Source: Lama glama | Lineage: Eukaryota | DNA length: 64,000 bases | NCBI GenBank assembly: GCA_028534125.1 | Contig: CM052817.1 | Span: forward strand, 32,986,001 to 33,050,000 | Direction: 5' to 3' | Translations under genes and position numbers: made by a program | Part shown: one piece after another, positions 51,781-64,000 of the stretch | Position numbering within the stretch: position 1 is the stretch's first letter | Layout of the letters: the number at the start of each line of letters is the position of its first letter | The notes under the pieces: generated by a model | The model's database searches: none | What the model was told of the DNA's origin: nothing | Seen by the model: only the letters and a program-made list of their open reading frames with translations

Positions 51781-53973
51781 ATCTTTGGGCAGTTAGCTCC
51801 TATTATATTGCTAAGCACATCCTAAAGTGTTTAGAAAACACTAGCTGAATAAACCAGCTCCATTCTCCATCTCTATGCCAATTAAATGATTAAATTAGCC
51901 ACTAGGAAGAATAAAACAACTCATGGTAATGAAATCTGAAACTGGCTTATTTCCTCATTTTGTTAGAGTCTTGGGGTGGGAGAATGCAACAATAAATTCA
52001 TTACAAAGTGAAAAACATCTGCTAATATGAAACAGTCTTTATACCCCACATTTCACTCTTGTTCTCAGTCAAGAGAAATGCCTTGTATTCAGTACAGTTG
52101 GCATGGAATGTTTTTGTTTATAATAAAGATCCGTATCATCCATACAAATGTTGCTGCCTGTGCCGAGCAGCACAGACGGCCGTTTTGCATGTTTGTGACA
52201 GCCCACTGCACCGCACCGACTAGAGAAAGTCTGACTCAGCTCCAATTGCAGTTTACTTTGGAGTTTCAGATTCTGCTGACGGCAGAACAAACTTTCTTCC
52301 CCAACAATGGCTGCATCTATTTGGTCATCCCCATAGAATTCCACAGGAATTTGAACCGAAATTCAGGAACTCACAGGTACCTAACAAGTAGCGAAAACTT
52401 CAAATCACTTTTAGAGTTGGTAACTTTTCCACTTAAGTAAAAAGCAAATATTATTAGTACAGAAATCAATTTTATTTCTTAAAACAAAGCCACGCCAGGT
52501 GATATATTGTAGCTTGGTTTGAATTTTTGCATTTCTTATTTTTGGAACTTGGATGTATAAATTCACTTGAGACAAAATTATAATATTTTCCAAACTATTC
52601 AAATATAATCCCCCAAATCCTACTAAATTTAAAATTTCATTTGCACATGGAATAAGACTAAATAATTGGTTTAATCTGCAAGTAATTCGATGAGTTCATA
52701 TGACAACTATGTTCTTCTGAAATCCTTCCATTTTCTTTCACATTTGCTGTAGACCAAAATTAATGCCTAAACTAACTGAAATACTACCGTGAATCAGATT
52801 TATGTTTGTAGTTTCTTTACTTATGCCTTATCTCTTTTTACTTCCAAAATTAAAAAAAAAAGATTTAAAGTGAAAAAAAATTAGTGACTCATATAGAACA
52901 CTTTGGTATCTTTAAATTTGCCTCTGATGTTTTGTCAGACCTCAGGCCATGACAGCTTTAGAAATTGAAGAGCACTTAACAAGCAAGTAAGACAACTGCC
53001 CCTTTCAGTGACTTTAAATATGTCACTTAGGCACTCTCCTCATCTATAACATGGGAGTACTGCACAAGAGGATTTCAAAGGTTCCTGATTCCAGCTTTAC
53101 AATCCCATGACACTTATAGAATCTTTACACCTTCCAAGCCCCTGGCTTCCTTAATTATTTATTAAGAATCTACCACCAAGGCTGTGAATTTATAACTACA
53201 GTGGTGGTTTTTCACCAATTCCATTCTTTATATCTCTCTGCCCTTCACAACAGTCCATTTTAAATTATTTTTATCTATTCAAATGGTATTTTTTCACTTT
53301 ATTTTACAGAATAGGCACATTAAGTTGGGAAAGACCTCTCAATGTTGAAGATAAGAACGGAATGCACCATAATAAAAATGTATCATTGACTACTTAGATT
53401 TAAATTAGACAACACAGTAAGACTAAAAACAGGTCTATCTCCAAAAACATCTTTCAAAAGTAGAATATAATAGATAGATTTTAAAATCAGTAATGCTTGA
53501 AAATACAGATCACATCCAAAGGAAATTTATTTTTGTGAACTGATGGAATATGGTACAGAGTTGAAATACATTGCTCAAACACTCCTTAGAGCTCTCGTTG
53601 GAGCAACCTGGGAGTGAATTAATGAGGAAATGGGCCTATGACCTTGGCCCACAGTCCACTGAGCCAACACAGAGATGCTCTCACTCCCACAATACTGATA
53701 GCACCTCTGCTCCCTACTATAAACTTAGAGGAGGGACCTGAATAGAAGAAGAGGAATAACTGTCATGCTTGGTAAGCGGGCCTCTGAGGACAAGCCTTCT
53801 AGACCAGTGTCCTGACTGCTCCATGAGCAGGCTGCCAGCCAGGTGGGTCACACAGAAACAGTTATCAAACATATGGACATAAATGAAATCAAATGTACAT
53901 CCCCCTCCTTTATTTCTTCTTCCCTTTTTGTTAGCTTTACTCCCTTCTTCTCCCTTCTATTCACCCATTCATT

Positions 53974-54261
53974 CTTATTTACTTTTTTTCAGGGGGGGGA
54001 GATAGCTAGGTTTACTTATTTATTTATTTTTCGAGGAGGTACTGGGGATTGAACCCAGGACCTTGTGGATGCTAAGCATGCACTCTACCACATTTGAGCT
54101 ACACCCTCCCCGCCACCACTTATTTTTTGTTTTTTTGTTTTGGGGGGAGGGAAGTAATTAGGTTTATTTATTTACTTACTTATTTTAATGGAGGTACTGA
54201 GAATTGAACCTGGGACCTCATGCATGCTAAGCACGCACTCTACCACTTAGCTATACCCTCT
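53974..54261 (-). mobile_element. Two tandem tRNA-Ala-derived SINE copies (Vic-1-like)
   Basis: Two heads ('ggaggtactg..gattgaacc..ggacct..tg.atgctaagca.gcactctaccac'), each with its own tail. Outer TSD CCCATTCATT at 53964-53973 and 54262-54271. Confidence 0.85.
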
Positions 54262-55114
54262 CCCATTCATTTATTCTTACATTTATTTAACAGATTTGTG
54301 TCCAGGCCCTGTGTGCTAAACAGAAAGGACACATCTCCTTACATAGCTCAGAGTCTAGCAGAGGAGAGTAACATCTGAACAGACAATTACAATACAGAGG
54401 GTTGGTCTGTAGATAGTAAACAGAATTCCTGATGTTACGGTAGAATACATTTGAGGCACGCAATCCAGAACTGGGAGGTCTGGTAAAGTTTCCTGGAGGA
54501 AGTAAAGACTATGCAAAATCTGGAAGAAAGATAATCAGAGTGGACTACGAGAGGGTAAAGGGGATTAAGAATTTTTTTTAGAAGTTCACGTAAATTGAGG
54601 GGAAAAAAATCCAAAGAAATGAAAGTTAACATTCAGGAGGATTATCATAAGAATATGCCCAAATTTGGGGGCTCTTATGAAATCTTCCATCTCCCTTACA
54701 TTTTGGTTATTTAGATGGTGGAGACTACTTAAGTATAAGACGACGCCTTTAAGAACAAAGTTGTATTAGCTTCCATTTCTACACTCACTGGTGGCCGGAG
54801 AGTCCTAGAAGCTGCCTCCTCTTGGCTTCCTTTCTGCATGACACTGACACGCAGGACAATTAATCTAAGCAAGGACAATGATGTAGCCAATTCCATCAGC
54901 ATTATTTGATATAACAAATGCCTTCCACAGATGATCTAATGAACTAGGAAAAGTAATCTACTCTATAGAAATGTCCCATAGAAATAAGTAATTCACTTCA
55001 CTGACTCAGTGCTGTAACTAACAGTAACATCTTAGCAGAGCTTGTTTCTTATGCCCCAATATTCAATTTCAATGAATTTGAATGTCCTTCAATGTCCTTG
55101 CTTCATTTAGGAAT

Positions 55115-55522
55115 AAAACCACTCCTTTCTCTTCGCTCACAGCCACCCAGAAAAAGACCACATTTTGCAGCCTCCCTTGCAACTAGGTACAGCCCAGAGT
55201 GGCCAGTGGGATGGTGAGCTGTGGTGACAGTGCAACTTCTGGGTCATGATCTTAAAGAAACATGTGGTACCCATCACTACCTTTCTGTCCCTATTTTTTA
55301 TCTGTGGGATAAGGAAATGCTTGTGAAAGTTAGAGCAGCTATTTGGGATCACAAAATGGAAGCACGTAATGCAAAATAACCAAACTGAGGATGCCTGGGC
55401 CCCACGGACCAAGCCCTAGACCACTGATGCAGATTTTTATGTGAGAATGATATTTCTATCTTGCTATGTCTACTGTATTTTAGAGTCTATTTATTATAGA
55501 AGCCTGATATGTAGCCTAACAA
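55115..55522 (+). mobile_element. MLT1J/K-like MaLR LTR
   Basis: 'acattttgcagcctcccttgcaactagg...tgcaacttctgggtcat...ttatgtgagaatga...ctactgtattttagagtct'. Confidence 0.55.
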
Positions 55523-58009
55523 ATTGAACCATCAGCTGCCTTGCACGTCCAAAGGCCTTTCCAGATGGCTGGTGCACTGCCCCTAAGCAAATATTTGGCA
55601 ATAGGGAACTCAAATCATCAATGCCTCATTTTTGTATCATTTTTGTACTTATTATTTGCTTCACATCAAATGGGAATAGTGCTAAGTAGAAAGAACAACC
55701 TTTGTTACCATGAGTCCTTGCAGAAGCTTGGAAACTTTTTACTCGCCCTAATATACTCAGGCTGCCCATGAAACAGTCTTCCTAGCAGCCACAAGAGATT
55801 AGCTTTCCTGATGAGCAAGCATTCTCTTTGTAGATTGTTTTATTGCGATAATTTTGACTCATCTCTTGCTTGAGGGGGGTACTTTTCAAACATATTAAAT
55901 GAATTATAAAAATGCCCTTCCCAAACAGGAGCCACTGAACATTACCAATAGCTAATAGACTCTTACACGTTATAGAGTGGGTTACTTCAGGCCACACAGA
56001 GGCTGACTCAGTGGAACGTACAATCTAAAGGGAAGTAAGGACAGTAATGAAACTCTCTGGAAGTGATAATCCTTTGCAATGTTAAGTTTAAGACAAGAAC
56101 CTACATAAGAACCATGCCACAAAACATCTCCTCTTAACTCCCTCTTGAGCAGTAATGAACTATGGCAACTTTGACCTAAAATAATATTCTGCACTAGCAA
56201 ACCAACAGCCCAGCATCCCTGAAAGTACTGGTCTGAACAGGACACTAATATTTTAGATATATTACAGAAGTAGTTTCCAACTACTTTTAATTATAATATA
56301 CGATATTCTTGTTTGATTTCAAGTAGCACTTCATTATGCAAAGGGCTTTTACAAATTACATAAGCTTTTGAAATTTTAAACTTTTAGTTGACCTGGTAGA
56401 GAAGGGAGAGAAAAACTTCCCAGGAAGATGCAGGGACTGTGCCAGACTCTGGATACCAGGAAGACAACTTTATCTCTGACGTCAAATAGTTCAAAGTCAA
56501 ATGGGGAGCCTTTATGCCTGGCATCTTCAAGAATGAAGGATTAGAACTGTGAGGCAGGGTGGAAGGTCCCTACTTGAATGACGCTATTCATCTGGGGACA
56601 TGGGAGTGGGGGTCTGGGTTGATTCAGTGACTGGGGAGCACTACAGGCATTCAGTGTGGAAGCTGGGAAAGGGAACCAGGGTCATTAAATATCCTTCAGT
56701 GCCCACAGCAGACTTGTACAACAAAGTCGAAAATGTCAATTGCATTTCTCCTGGAGGACAGGGCAGGTCAAGTTATGCAGTGGGATAAAAGTGGTGAAAG
56801 TGTCTTCAGAATGGCCTTTATAATTTTCCTCCCTTCTCTCCCAACATGCAGCCTTTGCTTTCAGGGCAGCCATATGGCTGTCTGCTCTACATTTAGGGAA
56901 CATAATTAAAATCATAGATATCATAGATCTGTATACTGATTATGGTAATTTCTTGGCAGAAGCAGTGGAGTGCCTTGAGGAAAGAGGGCCTTTTCTTACT
57001 CTTATTAAGGTACTGTCTGGGCTAGTGGTAGTTCTGTGTTTTTCTCTCCAACTCTGCACATGTACAAGGACAACTGGTCTTGGTGGGGAAGGAAGTGACG
57101 GCTCTGATAAGGATGGATGGAAAGAAGAGAAGAGTAAGGAAGATGGTCTGGTTTCTCTCTGTGTCCCACCCAAGTGCTCCATAAATGTTAAAGAGCATTA
57201 ACAGCTGCACCTAGACTTCGGTCCACCTGCATTGATCTTCTGCCTGTAGCCGATCCGTTAGGTTTGGGGACTGGCTTCTGTTCCCAAGGTATGTTACAGG
57301 AGTTAGCAGTCTCCATCTATGTGACCTAGCCCTGGAGCCGGGTTTCAGACCACTATACAGTAGGTGCTGCTCCCAAGATTCCATTCTGGGCTTCAAGTTT
57401 CCCGCTTCCTAGTCTCTGGTGCTGACTATTGCCTCCTGACAGGGTCCTACCTCCAATTGGGAGAGTCCTCCAAGCACCCAAGTTGCCCAAAAGCAAAGGT
57501 ATCAAACATGTTTTTTAAAAACTCCATTCATTGTCTGAATTTAACCTAAATTATTCCAAAACATTAATTTAAGCTACTGTGTCAGCTACTAAGCATAACA
57601 AATAGTGTGTGTGCGTGCACGCAGGCACACTACTGCTTGAAAATACTTAAAACTGTGATTACAATCTATGAGTGAGACCATCAGACTCTCTTGATTAAAC
57701 AGAAGTCTAAGGTTAATTTGTAACAAATGAACATTTTTCAAAATAAAAGCATGACACATAAAAGTTAATCAAACTGGCTCCATGTTAATTAAATTTATTT
57801 TCCTTCAGAAATATCCTGCCTCTCCTCTAAATGCAACACGAATAGTCTTGTGAAAATAATGTAGAAAATCATGAAACATACAAATCAGCAACTACTAACA
57901 CAAAAAATCAAGAGGAATACTCTAATGCACAGATGAAATTCTACCAGGTAGGACTTACCCTAGAATCAGCATTTTCCAGATTTTGCTCAAGTTGTGATCA
58001 AGAAGACAA

Positions 58010-58430
58010 TGTTTAACATTGACCCAGCTCTTAGCGACACGCTAGGCACTGCCCCACACACTTTGCATGTTAATTCATTTGATCTTTACAACAGGCCTAT
58101 GAGATGGTTCTATTGCCATCCTCATTTTATAGTCTGAGTCCTCATCCTTCAAGGTTTGATTTAAATTTCACTTCTTCACAAGTCCTTCCTGAATTACATC
58201 TACCTCCCTCACCAATTCAAGTTATTGTCTACCTCCCCCTTTCCACTATTTTATGTGCCTCTCTTTTATGGGACTTACCATAGCTCACCTCAAAGTTTTT
58301 CATGTATGTTTCTCTTTCTTGCCATTACATCACAAATTGCTGGACAGGTAGACTGTCTTCATTGCTGTATCCCTACAGTGACTAACAGATTCTTGCACAA
58401 AGTACATGCCCAGCAAATGTTGGTGGAACT
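58010..58430. mobile_element. Adjacent MIR and L2 fragments
   Basis: 'tttacaacaggcctatgagatgg...ctcattttatag' then 'catccttcaaggtttgatttaaatttcacttcttc...cagcaaatgttgg'. Confidence 0.55.
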
Positions 58431-58499
58431 AACACTAGCATTAACAGCAGAAGAAGAAGAAAGGAATTTAGCAGCAGCTTTAGAAACAAAGAAAGAATC

Positions 58500-59810
58500 A
58501 TGAATAAAAAGCAACTAGCAGTTATTCTCTGTGTCTGCAGATGAGAGAACAGAAGAGATCCAGGGATTATGGGATAAAATAATTCAGTTAAATAATAGGT
58601 AAACATATAACCATTATTAAACCGAAAGAAAATACAGGTGAAAGTTTACATAACCTTGAGAGGAGGGAGGCACTGCTAAACATGACACCAAAGCAAAATC
58701 AAGCAAGAGAGGAATGAAATAAATGGTCAAGATCGCCAGCTTTGAGTTAGGCTGCATGGATTCAATTCCCAAGCTGCCATTTGTGGAGTCAATTTCTTCA
58801 CTGTAAAAATGGGATGACAATAATAATACCTGAATCATACAGTCTGTAGGGTGGAATGAATGAGACAATGACTGTAAAGTTCTTACCACAATGCATGACA
58901 AAATCTTCTTCCAAAAGTCTTCCAAAAATGTTTAAAAGCAAACCAACAGAGGAAAAGACAAATGGAATTACACAAAAATAGACTTTGTATTCTAAAAAAA
59001 GTACCCATAAATAAATAAATATTAAATAACAAACAGGATGGAAAAAGATGGATATCCTAAATATTTGAAGAGCTTTTACAAATTAACAAGAAAATTAAAA
59101 CCCTAGTAGAAAAAAAATAAGAAAGCACAATTCAGCATTTCACAAAATACGAATTTATACAATGAAATGACCAAACATGAAAACATTCCACCTTAATTAA
59201 GTAATTGAAGAGTGTTAGGTAGTTAAAATGAGATATAAATTTTGCTTATTAAATCAGTAATATTGATGATGGTATGAAGCAACAGGCATGCTTATTGCAC
59301 TTCGTGAAGAGTTTAAGTTTGCACATTTCTATAGGACATTTTGCCCAATAAGCATCAAAAGCTTTAAAATGTACATACTTTTTGACCAAGGAAATCTAGA
59401 TATTCATATCAAAAAAATAAAAATTGACAGGCACAAATATATAATCTTGTTTAGGAGAGTGAAGAATTGAATGAGAATAGCTGCTGGATTACAAAGCCTT
59501 TACAACACTGTGACTACTGTGACCTCATGGAAGATATTTAATGTCCTGAATGAAAAAAACAAATGTTAGAACAGCATTACTACATGACTCTATTTTCATT
59601 AAAAAACAACAATAACAGTGTGTGTGTGTGCGCACGTGTGTGTGTGTTTGTGTGTGTGTAAATGGACACATAAAAAAGATCTGAAAGGAAACATACCAAA
59701 CACTAAAATCAATTTATATAGATAATAAAATTATAGGTGCCTTTGGAAAGCTATAACATATTCTAAATTTTTATGATTTATTTTTTATAATTTAGAAAAT
59801 AATTTTTAAA
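58500..59810 (+). mobile_element. Highly degenerate L1ME fragments with an embedded MIR (about 58730-58900)
   Basis: L1-end motifs ('gagcttttacaaattaacaagaaaa', 'aaatgtacatactttttgacc', 'atctgaaaggaaacataccaaa'); MIR core 'ttcactgtaaaaatgggatgacaataata'. Confidence 0.5.
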
Positions 59811-60365
59811 ATTGTCTTTATCAAAAGAAAAAAATTAACCATTAACCTTCCCTATCATTACAAGCCCCCTGATATTAGATGCTGTTCATCAGCATTGATC
59901 TATGGTGGCTGCACTGTGCTCCTTGGATGGGGCATACAAGAATGAGAATCATCCCACAATTTCTACAAGTATATAAGAAGTTCAGTAGTTCAATGGAAAA
60001 GTTCAATTATATACCAAACAACTCAAAAGAACATCACATGCTTAATGGTAAAATGGCATCAGGAGAAAAAAAAACCCAGCAACTAAGTAGTCCTGGATAA
60101 AGTTAAAACCTTAATCTCATGCTAACTCAGCAGGAAAAAGAAAAAACAAAAACAAACATTAATTATGAAAGATTTAGTGATCTGTATGGTTACAGTTCTA
60201 GAAACACTTTAGTGTGTGTTTATCTATGCTATAACTCATTGCTTTCTGCAGATTCAGAGACCTCTTGGCTGACAGTTCAAATGCGTGGTCACAGCTAAGG
60301 GAAAAAAATCAGTTCAATCACTTGGGAAATAGGCAAAAGGAGAAAGTCCTCATGCTTCAAAGATG

Positions 60366-60368
<3 letters not shown>

Positions 60369-60402
<34 letters not shown>
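60369..60402. repeat. Perfect (TG)17 microsatellite
   Basis: Directly visible. Confidence 0.95.
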
Positions 60403-60405
<3 letters not shown>

Positions 60406-60769
60406 CTAACTTTATAATAAATATAAGAAAGGCTTAAGTTCAGAATGAAGCCAGCATGAATACGAATATATTGAGCCCCCACGCCCCTGCAGGGAAGGGA
60501 GGGAGCAGAAACAGTGCTGTGTCACTAGATTGTGCACTGATTCATTCTTACAACTATTACTGAACAAAGGTCTCAAAAGAGTTCAGAGCAGACCTATGGT
60601 ATTGACTTGTGCCTTTTTAAAACTAATGAAACACTAGATCCAACTGAAGATTCTTAATTTCATCTAATAAAATAAATCTTGAAAACAAAATGCTAAAAAA
60701 AAACAGTGAGTAAGCAAGACTAACAACTGCTTACATTGCTATCCACTGTCTATCCCAGGTAGGGTGATC

Positions 60770-61280
60770 ACTTCTTTTTTCTGCCCAGCACTCACTGGCC
60801 CTTCTCTAGTGAAGAGTACTCAGGTTTCCTTTGGAGGGACTACCTCTCATATTTTTGCTCATATGGTGGGGTTGATCTCATTTCCTAACTTCAGGAACTA
60901 ATGAGTAACCCAGGAATAGTCATGCAAATATTCACTCCACTAGATGGAAGGGATGTTCAGCAGCCACATGGCCCAATCCAGGACCATTTCAGGCAAGAAT
61001 TATCAGACTCAAAACTTTTCTTCAAGCTCCTGGAAAAGAAGTATATTCTTTCTTCCCTAGCTCCATGCTAAGAGAATATAAGCGTATAGCTGCTGGGGAC
61101 ATCTTTGCCATCACTTGGAAAGAATCTACCTTAAAATGAAACTAATGAAGAAGGGGGTAGAACCAAGAAACAGAGACAAACAGACTCCTGATAAACTATT
61201 TTTAAAGGTTGGATCCAACCATGCCTGAAGCCATTCGTCATCATTTGATTTGGATTTCTGTCACATGAAACCAAAAGGAA
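60770..61280 (+). mobile_element. Old MaLR/ERVL LTR (MLT1K/L-like)
   Basis: 'tataagcgtatagctgctggggacatctttgcca...ggatccaaccatgcctgaagcc...ttggatttctgtcac'. Confidence 0.5.
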
Positions 61281-61341
61281 GTAAAAAATATGAGAAAAGG
61301 AAGGCTAGATGGGTTTCTCCTCCCTCCCCAATTGATCTACC

Positions 61342-61711
61342 TGTCTTAGTCAGCTGGGACTCCTTTAACAAAATACCTTAGACTGGGTGGCTTAAAGAAC
61401 AGACATTTATTTCCCATAGTTCTGGAGGCTGGAAGTCTGAGATCAAGGTGCCAGTGTGGTCAGGTTCTGAGGATGGTCCTCTTCCTGACTTGCAGACTTT
61501 GCTACCTTCTTGCTGTGTCCTCATATGGTGGATAGAGAGCAAGCTCTCTGATCTCTCCTAATAAAGGCACTAATTTTATGGTGAGGATCCCATCCTCATG
61601 ACCTCACCTAAACCTAGTCACCTCCAAAAGGCCCCATCTCCAAATAGCATCATGTTGAGGGGTAGGGCTTCAACACACAAATTGAGAAGGGACAAAAAAC
61701 AGTCCATAATA
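61342..61711 (-). mobile_element. MLT1A/MLT1A0-like MaLR solo LTR
   Basis: 'tgtcttagtcagctggg...ctgggtggcttaaa.aacagacatttatttc..atagttctggaggctggaagtctgagatcaaggtgcc...agtccataata'. Perfect 5-bp TSD CTACC at 61337-61341 and 61712-61716. Confidence 0.9.
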
Positions 61712-62544
61712 CTACCTAAACTGCCTTTATACATACACAAAAATAGACTAGAGGAGGTTATACTATGCTACTTCCAAGCACATCTGTGTAACCTTCATTG
61801 TACTAGAACCCATCACTAGAATGTTGGCTATGCCCTTAAGTGCATAACACCGCTTATTCCAAAGCCTAGTCCAGTGCCTGGCACGTAACATGATTCAATG
61901 AATATTTGCTGAAAAATTAATAACATGATATGAAAATAGACAGGAGAGGTCTAATTTCATATGAGAAACTAGAAATTCTAGAGGTACATTCCAACACTTA
62001 CATCAATCTGAAACCCTCCTGATAGAGTCAATCTATTTCTTCATCTCTTTAGCACAATCTTTACAGGAACAAAATACTTTAATAATGGAAAATAACCCCC
62101 AATCAATGGCCTCTTCTATTTAACTAACTAAGGAAACAGTTCTGAAATTTTAGTGGAGCCAGATGCTATGTGTGTATGTGTGCATGTGTGTCTGTGTGCA
62201 TGTGCGTGCACGCATGCATGCGTGTGTTGTGTATATATCCTTATCATAGACTACAAGTTCCTACAGGCTCTGTCTGGCCTAATCTTCCCTTGCCTGCTTT
62301 GCTCCAGCCACACAAATCTTCTAGATCTTCTTTGAAAACACATGGCACCTTTCACCTTTGCTTTTGCTATAACCTCTGCCTGCAAATGATCCATATGACT
62401 TACTGCTTTCTCTCTCTTCAGGTCTTTGCCCAAATGTCACCTTCTCAGTGAGGCCCTCTTGACCATTCTATTTATGATTATAAACTCCACCACTAATATG
62501 TCCTATTCCATAGCATTTATCACCTTTTAACACACTATATAATT

Positions 62545-63346
62545 TATTTTTATTTTATTTTATTTTATCGAAGTGTAGTTGCTTTCAATGTTTCAGGTGT
62601 ACAGCAAAGTAATTCAGTTTTTTATATTATATATGTGTATATATGTATATGTGTATATATATGTATATATATACACATATATATACACACACATATATAA
62701 ATGTGTATATACATGTGTGTGTGTGTATATATATACATTCTTTTTCAAATTCTTTTCCATTATAGGCTATTAAAAGATACTGAATATAGTTTCCTGTGCT
62801 ATACAGTAGGTCCTTGTTGTTTAGCTATTTTACATATAGTAGTTTGTATCTGCTAATCCCAAATTCCTAATTTATTCTTCTCCCCACCTTTTCCTTTTGG
62901 TAACTATAAGTTTGTTTTCTATGTCCTTGGTTCTGTTCCTGTTTGGTAAATAAGTTCATTTGTATCATTTTTTTAGATTCCACATATAAATGATATCATA
63001 TGATATTTGTCTTTCTCTAAGTTATTTCACTTAGTATGATAATCTCTAGGTCTATCCATGTTGCTGCAAATGGCATAATTTCATTCTTTTTTATGGCTAA
63101 TATTCCATTGTGTGTGTGTGTGTGTGTGTGTGTGTTACATCTTCTTTGTCTAGTTATCTGTTAATGGACAGTTCCATGCCTTGACTGTTGTAAATAGTGC
63201 TACTGTGAACATTGGGGTGCATGAATCTTTGTGAATTAGTTTTCGTCTTTTCCAGATATATGCCCAGGAGTGGGATTGCTGGATCATACGGTAACTCTAC
63301 TTTCAGCTTTCTAAGGAATCTCCATACTGTTTTCCATAGTGGCTGC
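62545..63346 (-). mobile_element. Young L1 3' end (antisense) inserted into an L2a (62270-62545 and 63347-63480); contains (TA/TG)n tracts
   Basis: ORF 63154-63414 contains [30 protein letters not shown] (L1 ORF2p C-terminus). (TTTTA)n tail at 62545-62568. The L2a sequence resumes after 63346. (TG)13 at 63109-63134. Confidence 0.88.
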
Positions 63347-64000
63347 TTACTTATTTTCTTTATCATATCTCTCTCTACACTAGAAGATAAACTCCACAAA
63401 AAAAAGATTTCCATATCGTTCTTGTTCTCTGTTGAACCCCCAATGCCTAGGAAATAATCGATGCTGGATAAATGAATAGGGGATATAAAACAATAAAACT
63501 ACAACGGGATTATTAAATGCTCTGATTCAAATTAAGTTAAATATGAATATTTTTCAATCCAATAAACTATAGCAGGTTTTAGCTGTAAACTCTTTCAGAA
63601 GTTGAAACCAGAGAGTTGCTATAAATATTTTTAAAACCAGAGTTGTTATAAAAAGGTCCTTGGCATTGCAGAAGTTGATATATAAAATTATTTAAGAACC
63701 AAAATGTTATTGCAGAAAAACTATATTGAAAACCAAAAAGTATAAGGTTTGCACTTACTTTGCTTTAGATCTAGAACAATATTAAATATAAAAGTTAAGC
63801 AATATTAGCTAGCAGAAAAATCAAGTTTGAAATTATTTATAAATTATTTTTTCCTATAGACGTCAAATGTGACCACGGTTATTTGGCTTCTGAACAGAAA
63901 TAGGTAATACACTATCATAGAAAACAAAAGAGACAAACTTTATAACCCCAAAAGGGTTTCCTAATTAGAAAGAGGTTTCCTGAATGCCACAAGGTCCCAC

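Larger units (their letters stand above)
28226..64000 (-). other. SCFD2: SCFD2 intron upstream of the exon (continues beyond the window)
   Basis: Ends in a pyrimidine tract plus CAG. I recognised no other SCFD2 exon in 28226-64000. Confidence 0.8.

Noticed and set aside
1..64000. A previously undescribed multi-gene system
   Set aside because: Only one coding exon is supportable. Everything else is intronic repeat or unique non-coding DNA, and I recognised no RNA gene, processed pseudogene or intact viral or transposon ORF.

Overview
Mammalian (eutherian) genomic DNA, AT-rich and dense in repeats. It is most likely from a camelid, judging by tRNA-Ala-derived Vic-1-like SINEs and cetartiodactyl-type L1 3' ends. 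The window appears to lie entirely within SCFD2 (minus strand). I find one 250-nt coding exon (27976-28225, canonical AG/GT), flanked by more than 27 kb and more than 35 kb of intron. The rest is intronic, with layered mobile-element relics: old L1M, L2, MIR, MaLR LTRs, a Charlie1-type hAT fossil with readable transposase remnants, MER5A/MER33/MER102-like elements, a MER41-like solo LTR, younger L1 3' ends, SINEs and microsatellites. The other ORFs in the track are chance ORFs or repeat-derived. I found no evidence of a new multi-gene system. The best second-look items are the MER41-like LTR with degenerate tandem GAS sites, a 5'-inverted L1 with a fold-back junction, nested insertions with clear target-site duplications (TSDs), a perfect 35-bp duplication and several CpG-retaining candidate enhancers. 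Repeat family names were assigned by eye from remembered consensus sequences, and boundaries are approximate unless a TSD is quoted.
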